From Candidatus Omnitrophota bacterium (GTDB lineage: Bacteria > Omnitrophota > Gorgyraeia > Gorgyraeales > Gorgyraeaceae): 52,753 nt of DNA. Shown here one piece after another: positions 46,925-52,753 of this stretch. The notes under the pieces are model-generated. The model saw nothing but the letters and a program-made list of their open reading frames with translations, had not been told where the DNA came from and ran no database searches. Location of the stretch: assembly GCA_043821705.1 (NCBI GenBank), contig JBDRCN010000016.1:1-52753 (forward strand). The letters are read 5' to 3'. How positions within the stretch are numbered: position 1 is the stretch's first letter; every line of letters starts with the position of its first letter. The translations under genes and the position numbers were made by a program.

Positions 46925-47461
46925 ATGGCGACAAAATTATTTACTGACAAAAAAGAAAGAGACTTGTTTGACCATCAAGCAAATATAGCAGAAAAAAAGA
47001 TAAAAAAAAAGGTCAAATTTCTCTTACCACCTTTAAAAAACAGTATTGTTGTAACTTATGAGAACATCATATTTCTTATAATAGTTTTCATAATGAGTTC
47101 CATCATCTTTTTTTCTCTTGGCGTTGAAAAAGGCAGGCAAGAACTAAGCTCTATTAAAAAAGAAGTCAAGTCAGTATCCCTTAATGACCTCTCCCCAAAA
47201 AAAGAAGAGGTCGCGATCGCTAAAGATACTCCTGGAGACAGGGTAGAGGCGTACATCATCCGCTTAGCATCCTTCAGCGAAAAGGCCTCAGCTGTAAAAG
47301 AACAGGAAGCATTAAAAAAAGATGGTTACGAAGCTTCGATCAGAAGATCAGGTGACTATTATCAGCTCTATATAGGGGGCTTTACAAATAAGGGAAAAGC
47401 TGCTAAACTGCAACAGGCACTGACAAATAAATATAAAGATTGCTATATAACCAACAATTAG
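46925..47461 (+). CDS. Membrane-anchored SPOR domain protein
   Basis: One TM helix, then YIIRLASF...LKKDGY...YQLYIGGF...AAKL. Confidence 0.82.
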   Translation: MATKLFTDKKERDLFDHQANIAEKKIKKKVKFLLPPLKNSIVVTYENIIFLIIVFIMSSIIFFSLGVEKGRQELSSIKKEVKSVSLNDLSPKKEEVAIAKDTPGDRVEAYIIRLASFSEKASAVKEQEALKKDGYEASIRRSGDYYQLYIGGFTNKGKAAKLQQALTNKYKDCYITNN

Positions 47462-47474
47462 ACAAGGAGGAACC

Positions 47475-47744
47475 ATGTCACAACACCCGAGTTTAAAAAC
47501 TTCTAAGACTGGAAAAAAACACAGGACTGTACTAAAAAGGTACGAGAAGCTCTCTGTCCTAAAAGAAAAAGGTATTCTCAAAGAGGATGATTCTGTCTTC
47601 GGTATGCCTAAGTTAAAGATCATCAGGACTAAGATAAAGAAAGAAAAAGCTGAAGAAAAACCAAAAGAGGGTGAAGTCCAAGCTCCAGGCACTGAAGCTA
47701 CTCAGGCAAAAGAAGCTCCTAAAAAAGAAAAACCAGGAAAATAG
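47475..47744 (+). CDS. PVC-superphylum small basic signature protein
   Basis: MSQHPSLK...HRTVLKRYEKL..L...G....DSVFGMPKLK with a Lys/Glu-rich tail; AGGAGG RBS. Confidence 0.85.
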   Translation: MSQHPSLKTSKTGKKHRTVLKRYEKLSVLKEKGILKEDDSVFGMPKLKIIRTKIKKEKAEEKPKEGEVQAPGTEATQAKEAPKKEKPGK

Positions 47745-47753
47745 GCCTACTAT

Positions 47754-48236
47754 ATGCAGTATGCAAAGATCATACTTATTGCATCTTTATATTTTTTAGC
47801 GATCTCCAGCTATTCTCTAGGGCAAGAGGGCATGACCTATCCCAGAACTGCCTTTATTAAAAATGATGGTTCCAATGCCAGGGCAGGGTATAATACTAAT
47901 TTTCAAAGTATATATAGGTTTGAACAATCCGATCCTATAAAGATAATAGGCGAGTACTTTGACTGGTATAAAGTAATGCTGCCTAAAAAAGCTTCTGTGT
48001 ATATAAAAAAGGACTATGTAAACAAGTTATCTCGGAATATAGGCTTATTAAATGCCACAAAAGTAAATCTAAGATCAGGCCCTGACCTTAAGTATGCTGT
48101 CCTTGGACAGATATCCGAGCCTGAAAAAGTCTACATAACATCAGAAAAAGATGGCTGGTACGAGATACAGCCTCCAAAAGATACAGCAGGGTGGATACAT
48201 AAGAGCCAGATCGTATTCAGTCTAAGCGAGATTTGA
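47754..48236 (+). CDS. Exported protein with two bacterial SH3 domains
   Basis: Signal peptide; NARAGY...WYKV...YI and VNLRSGP...WYEI...GWI. Confidence 0.85.
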   Translation: MQYAKIILIASLYFLAISSYSLGQEGMTYPRTAFIKNDGSNARAGYNTNFQSIYRFEQSDPIKIIGEYFDWYKVMLPKKASVYIKKDYVNKLSRNIGLLNATKVNLRSGPDLKYAVLGQISEPEKVYITSEKDGWYEIQPPKDTAGWIHKSQIVFSLSEI

Positions 48237-48847
48237 TGTTCATAATTACACTAGTATTATTTTTTCTAGCCGTCATAGTACATGAATATGCGCATGGATG
48301 GGTAGCATGGAAGCTAGGTGATCCTACTGCAAAAAATGCAGGGAGGCTTACTTTGAACCCAATTGCCCATATCGATCCCATAGGCACTGTATTTCTACCA
48401 GTCCTGCTATTAATAACCGGTTCCCAGTTCATATTTGGCTGGGCAAAACCAGTCCCTGTAAATTTTTCAAGCCTCAATAACCCTAAAAAAGATATGGTGT
48501 GGGTAGGACTAGCTGGACCTTTGGCTAATATAATATTTGCTATACTCCTATCATTTTTGTTGAAACTTTTTGTACTGACTAGAATAGGATTTACACCTCA
48601 GCTCGTTGTAAGTTCTGCTATTTTAATAAACCTCGTATTAGCAGTGTTCAATATATTGCCAATACCGCCGCTTGATGGCTCAAGAGTTGCTATGGGGCTT
48701 TTGCCAAGGAACATAGCTATTAAATACGCGAGCCTTGAGCGTTATGGATTTATGATCATATTTGCTTTACTTTTTTTAGGTGTGATCAACAGCGTTATCT
48801 GGCCACTTGCGACATTTCTAGCAAGATTATTAGGAGTAAGCATATGA
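48233..48847 (+). CDS. Site-2 protease (M50 family)
   Basis: HEYAHG, GDPT, AGPLAN and FNILPIPPLDG. Confidence 0.93.
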   Translation: MMFIITLVLFFLAVIVHEYAHGWVAWKLGDPTAKNAGRLTLNPIAHIDPIGTVFLPVLLLITGSQFIFGWAKPVPVNFSSLNNPKKDMVWVGLAGPLANIIFAILLSFLLKLFVLTRIGFTPQLVVSSAILINLVLAVFNILPIPPLDGSRVAMGLLPRNIAIKYASLERYGFMIIFALLFLGVINSVIWPLATFLARLLGVSI

Positions 48848-49935
48848 ACAAGATAAAAGTAAGCTTGGGAAAAAGGAGTTATGATATCTTGGTCTCCTAC
48901 AATAAAGTTGATGAGATCGGGGCGATCATAAAGAGATTAAAAATAGGGACTGATGCGATCGTCATAACAAATCCTGCTATAAAAAAGCTATACTTGAAAA
49001 AAGTCAGATCATCTCTAGTAGTTTCTGGATTTAATGTAAGAGAAGAGATAGTACCTGACAGCGAAAAGGCAAAATCCGAACTTTATTGCATAAAACTCCT
49101 CAACAATATATCCAAAATTGACAACTCGAAGAAAAGAATATTTGTCATAGCTCTCGGCGGAGGAGTGATAGGGGACCTGTCTGGTTTTGTAGCAAGTATC
49201 TACAGAAGAGGCATACCTTATGTCCAAATACCCACGACATTGCTGGCGCAAGTAGATTCAGCAATAGGTGGCAAAGTAGCTATAGACCTGGCTGTAGGAA
49301 AGAATCTTGCAGGAAGCTTTTACCAGCCTAAACTGGTCATAAGCGATGCTTCTTTTCTAAAAAGTCTGCCTAAAAAAGACCTTATATCAGGCCTCTCCGA
49401 AGTAATAAAATATGGGGTGATAAGATCCCCTGGCCTCTTTAGATCCCTAGAAAAAGATATCAAAAAAATAATCAGGGGAAACAGGGTGTTGCTCGAGCGC
49501 ATTATCTTTAAATGCAGCTTAATAAAAGCAGCTGTAGTAGAAAAAGATGAGAGGGATAATAAAAACGTAAGAGTGATCCTGAATTTTGGACATACGATCG
49601 GCCATGCTATTGAATCTGCTTCGGGATACTCTAAGACATATTCTCACGGCCAGGCAATAGCGCTAGGCATGCTAGCTGCCTCATTCATCTCTAGAGAACT
49701 TGGCATATTAAAAGAAAAAGATCTTAAGAGGATAAAGAAGCTGATAAAAAAAGCAGGGCTTCCTATAAAATTAAAAAAGATCGCTGTAGATAAAATATTA
49801 AAACTACAAGAACATGATAAAAAATTTATTCATGGAAAAAATAGATTCGTCCTTCCTGCAAAGATAGGGAAAGTAGTCATAAAAGAGGGTGTACCAGTAG
49901 ATCTGGTCAGAAGATCCATACTTAGCCTGTTATGA
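48844..49935 (+). CDS. aroB: 3-dehydroquinate synthase
   Basis: GGGVIGD, PTTLLAQVDSAIGGK, EVIKY and LNFGHTIGHAIE. Confidence 0.96.
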   Translation: MNKIKVSLGKRSYDILVSYNKVDEIGAIIKRLKIGTDAIVITNPAIKKLYLKKVRSSLVVSGFNVREEIVPDSEKAKSELYCIKLLNNISKIDNSKKRIFVIALGGGVIGDLSGFVASIYRRGIPYVQIPTTLLAQVDSAIGGKVAIDLAVGKNLAGSFYQPKLVISDASFLKSLPKKDLISGLSEVIKYGVIRSPGLFRSLEKDIKKIIRGNRVLLERIIFKCSLIKAAVVEKDERDNKNVRVILNFGHTIGHAIESASGYSKTYSHGQAIALGMLAASFISRELGILKEKDLKRIKKLIKKAGLPIKLKKIAVDKILKLQEHDKKFIHGKNRFVLPAKIGKVVIKEGVPVDLVRRSILSLL

Positions 49936-50672
49936 ACCTAAAAAAAGACAAGGAACGCCTAAAACAATTAAAGATATTGGAAAAGATCATAGGCTACCGC
50001 TTTAAAAACAAAGCCCTGCTAAACCAAGCACTCACACATAAATCATACGCAAACGAAAAATATAAAAAGATACCTTATCACAATGAAAGATTGGAATTTT
50101 TGGGAGACTCTGTCTTAGGTATAGTAATAAGCAGGGTGTTGTATGATGAACATCCTGAAAAAGATGAGGGGAGTTTGACCCGTTATAAATCGCAGCTTGT
50201 TAGCGGGGCTACATTAGAAAAATTTGCAAAAAAACTTGGCCTGGGAGAGTTTCTGTTATTAGGCAAAGGTGAAGAATCATCTGGGGGCAGGAAGCAATCT
50301 TCAAATCTATTATGCGCTCTAGAAGCTATTATCGGAGCAATATATCTTGATAACGACATAAAATCTGCATCTAGATTTATCAGTTCAGTGTTTGAGTCAG
50401 AACTACAGCTCGTGAAAGAAGGAAGAGGGATAAAAGATCATAAATCCACGCTCCAGCAGATCGTCCTGAAAAGATTCAAGACAATACCTACTTACAAAAT
50501 AATCTCTGCTATAGGCCCTGACCATAAAAAACATTTCATAGTTGAGGTTTCAATACTTGGAACAAGGTATGGGGTGGGTTCTGGTCCAAATAAAAAGAGC
50601 GCAGAACAGGAATCAGCTAAAGAAGCCTTGGCTGAGTTAGATGCTGCACAAGATCCATCATCTCAGCTTTAA
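49932..50672 (+). CDS. rnc: Ribonuclease III
   Basis: ALTHKSY, NERLEFLGDSVL and C-terminal dsRBD DHKSTLQ...KKSAEQESAKEAL. Confidence 0.97.
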   Translation: MNLKKDKERLKQLKILEKIIGYRFKNKALLNQALTHKSYANEKYKKIPYHNERLEFLGDSVLGIVISRVLYDEHPEKDEGSLTRYKSQLVSGATLEKFAKKLGLGEFLLLGKGEESSGGRKQSSNLLCALEAIIGAIYLDNDIKSASRFISSVFESELQLVKEGRGIKDHKSTLQQIVLKRFKTIPTYKIISAIGPDHKKHFIVEVSILGTRYGVGSGPNKKSAEQESAKEALAELDAAQDPSSQL

Positions 50673-51179
50673 GACAACCTCTCGCATATTTTTCTTTCGT
50701 ATCTTAACAAGATCCTTCATTATCAGGGTCACCTTGCCTCCCAGGATAACATCTCCTTCCTGAAAGATATTGTTATTTATAATAGCCCATTTCTCGCCTG
50801 CAGCTTCATCAAAGACTATCCCCTCTAGATCCAGTACATTTTCTGGTTTTACTACTACACTCGAATCCTTGATAAGGTTAATATCTGAGATAGGGATAGC
50901 GGCACTCTCTAGAGTTGCAACTGGCACATAGACAGTATTTGCCTTAGAGGCTTGTCTATAAAGTATCACGGAGACCAAAAATAAAACAACAAAGACTAAC
51001 GAGATTATTACACCATATGACCATCTCTTATCTGGCTGGCCAATGGTCTTGGGCCTTGGTCTTATCATAGTCACGCCATCTCTGCTTCCACTCTCCCGGA
51101 TAACTGGCTCTGAAGACCTGACTGTAGTTACTTTATATTCTTTCCTGGATTTTTTAATTGCATCATTTATTATGCTCAT
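50658..51179 (-). CDS. GspB/ExeB-like membrane protein
   Basis: MSIINDAIKKS N-terminus, one TM helix and C-terminal LEGIVFD...AIINNNIFQEGD; downstream of exeA. Confidence 0.75.
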   Translation of the reverse strand: MSIINDAIKKSRKEYKVTTVRSSEPVIRESGSRDGVTMIRPRPKTIGQPDKRWSYGVIISLVFVVLFLVSVILYRQASKANTVYVPVATLESAAIPISDINLIKDSSVVVKPENVLDLEGIVFDEAAGEKWAIINNNIFQEGDVILGGKVTLIMKDLVKIRKKNMREVVLKLR

Positions 51180-51988
51180 GTGAATATACCCTCTAATTCT
51201 TTAGTACATTTTTTTATGATCCCTGAATTGATAGTCTTTTTATCTTTTACATAACCAGCTAAGAGCGCCTTATTGCAAAGGATATTTATTACGCGCGGCA
51301 CTCCTTTTGAATATCTATATATTTCATCTACAGCATCTTCCCTGAAAAGACCATTCCCATTGGAGCCAGCAACCTCTAGCCTATGAGATATATAACCGCT
51401 GACCTCGCGCCTATCAAGAGGGGAAAGGTGATATCTTACTGCTATCCTTTGCCTGAGCTGTGCGAGTTCTTTGGACAGGAGTTTTTCTTTTAATTCTGGC
51501 TGGCCCACAAGTATGATCTGAAGGAGTTTTTCTTTTTCTGTCTCCAGGTTCGAAAGAAGGCGTATCTGCTCAAGGATAGCTGGCTTTAGGTTCTGCGCCT
51601 CATCAACGATTAGCACAACATTATTATGTCCCTCTAATTGGTCCAATAAAAAATTATTCAATTCATTCAATAGATTTATCTTTGAGCGATTTTTTGTCTT
51701 AATGCCAAAGTCCTGGACGATCGCCTGCAGGATCTGGCTTTCTGGAAGATTGGAATTCAGCAAAAAAGCTGTCTTAGTGCGATCATCTAGGCTGTTTAAA
51801 AGCGCTTTGCAAAGAGTGGTCTTGCCAGTACCTATGTCTCCTGTGATCTCTAAAAATCCCATACGCTCCTCGATCCCGTATTGCATGTGAGCTATAGCTT
51901 CGCGGTGCTTTTCACTAAGATAGAGGAAATGTGGGTCAGCAGTCACGCTAAATGGATTTTCGTTCAGATTAAAGAATTTTAGATACAT
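51176..51988 (-). CDS. exeA: ExeA/GspA-family AAA ATPase (short form)
   Basis: MYLKFFNLNENPFSVTADP, GDIGTGKT, LIVDEAQ, LVGQPEL and GVPRVINILC. Confidence 0.9.
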   Translation of the reverse strand: MYLKFFNLNENPFSVTADPHFLYLSEKHREAIAHMQYGIEERMGFLEITGDIGTGKTTLCKALLNSLDDRTKTAFLLNSNLPESQILQAIVQDFGIKTKNRSKINLLNELNNFLLDQLEGHNNVVLIVDEAQNLKPAILEQIRLLSNLETEKEKLLQIILVGQPELKEKLLSKELAQLRQRIAVRYHLSPLDRREVSGYISHRLEVAGSNGNGLFREDAVDEIYRYSKGVPRVINILCNKALLAGYVKDKKTINSGIIKKCTKELEGIFT

Positions 51989-51997
51989 GGTAAGTTC

Positions 51998-52026
51998 ATT
52001 ATAGCACCTTTCAATCTCTCTATAAA
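51998..52026 (-). promoter_or_regulatory. Putative extended -10 promoter of exeA
   Basis: Minus strand TTTATA, 17-nt spacer, TG-C-TATAAT, 9 nt before the ATG. Confidence 0.55.
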
Positions 52027-52047
52027 GGAAAAAATAGCAATTAAACT

Positions 52048-52138
52048 ATTAGCGGCTGGTCCTGTCCACGAGTCACCCCACAAGTGCTCGCCAAACGCTG
52101 CGCGCTTGCGGGGACCCCAATCGCGGCCACCCGCTAAT
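52048..52138 (-). repeat. GC-rich long imperfect hairpin, family C copy 2
   Basis: The reverse complement matches 1290-1366 with about 5 substitutions and 1 indel. It has a different but self-complementary closing stem, ATTAGCGG/CCGCTAAT. Confidence 0.9.
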
Positions 52139-52180
52139 CTGTCATTTCTAACCAGGTTAGGTTTGGTTATGATAGTTTTA

Positions 52181-52584
52181 ATCGTTAAAGCTAAATGGAT
52201 GCTCTGTATGCGAATTTGAAAATTTAGACTTTTATGAAGTATTTTTCGGTTGCCTGCTCTATCTCTTTACTAACTTGTAAGAGTCATTGAACATATTAAA
52301 GTTATAGTAATTTGCAGAGCAGTAACGTGGGTCCGCAGGGAACCAGAATATTAGAAAGAACTCCCTGGTTTCTATGCCCCATTTCATGAGGCGAAAAGGC
52401 TCGAAGCTGTCCGAAGCCACCACACCAGATTTTGTGGTGGCAAGTTCTTCGAGCCCCGAAAAATGCTGAATAAAAGGCGACCCTAACTTATAGGGGACAG
52501 TTTCCAGCTTGTGAGGAAAACGTCTCCCGTATTTTAGGGGAAATTTTCATATGAGCGGGCAGGGCTCCTTTTAGATTTGACGAT
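52181..52584 (+). other. Structured dispersed element family D, copy 2, with two internal insertions
   Basis: Colinear with 18877-19112 except for inserts at 52252-52370 and 52484-52536. Confidence 0.8.
52493..52528 (+). repeat. Family A-like palindrome nested inside element D copy 2
   Basis: GGGGACAGTTTCCAGCTTGTGAGGAAAACGTCTCCC resembles GGGGCAGGTTCCCGCTTGGGAGGGAAACGGTCCC. Confidence 0.6.
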
Positions 52585-52655
52585 CAATGCTAGGGTTAGG
52601 TTAATGAAAAATGTAATCGGTGAGTTAACGGGGGTATGTCTATAGAATTTCGATA

Positions 52656-52751
52656 TTAGGGTAACAATAAGATCGGATCGACTTCGGGATTCTTTGAGAT
52701 CTGTTCTAGTGTCCACACAAACCATTCTTCCAGTGATTTATCCTTTAATCT
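52656..52751 (-). CDS. Possible C-terminus of a minus-strand gene that starts beyond the window
   Basis: Open frame from the window edge, RLKDKSLEEWFVWTLEQISKNPEVDPILLLP-stop; no family recognised. Confidence 0.3.
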   Translation of the reverse strand, partial: RLKDKSLEEWFVWTLEQISKNPEVDPILLLP

Positions 52752-52753
52752 CT

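Noticed and set aside
463-51890. Many antisense or overlapping ORFs in the six-frame track
   Set aside because: They are shadows of well-supported genes on the opposite strand or in another frame, with no recognisable motifs.
52155-52602. 9-bp direct repeat GGTTAGGTT on either side of element D copy 2 as a target-site duplication
   Set aside because: The repeats are offset 17 and 9 nt from the element ends, and no equivalent was seen at copy 1; it may be chance.

Overview
AT-rich bacterial chromosome segment, almost all on the + strand. It is probably from an anaerobic PVC-superphylum organism such as Ca. Omnitrophota; this is inferred from the PVC signature small basic protein plus a Wood-Ljungdahl gene set. 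The acetyl-CoA synthase genes are split into two blocks about 14 kb apart: acsB-acsC, and acsV-cooC-acsD-acsE followed by yjbQ, an Hps-RraA fusion and a DRTGG protein. The rest is mostly housekeeping (trpBA, lepAB, efp, accBC, aroQ, aroB, thiC, gmhA, rnc, dGTPase), with one tRNA-Gly(CCC), a divergently oriented HUH/Y1 (RAYT-like) transposase and a terminal exeA/gspB pair. No CRISPR array, rRNA or prophage was seen. The unexplained signal is intergenic, with at least five families of dispersed palindromic elements: (D) a 236-nt/404-nt multi-branched structured element in two copies, with compensatory base changes and insertions confined to loops; (A) a ~35-50-nt REP-like hairpin flanking the RAYT gene and also found beside or inside D; (C) a 91-97-nt GC-rich hairpin in two copies; (B) a ~54-nt CTACGC...GGCTTCGG repeat that forms an alternating array around tRNA-Gly; and (H) heptamer-built hairpins that contain stop codons of upstream genes. 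All alignments and pairings were done by eye.
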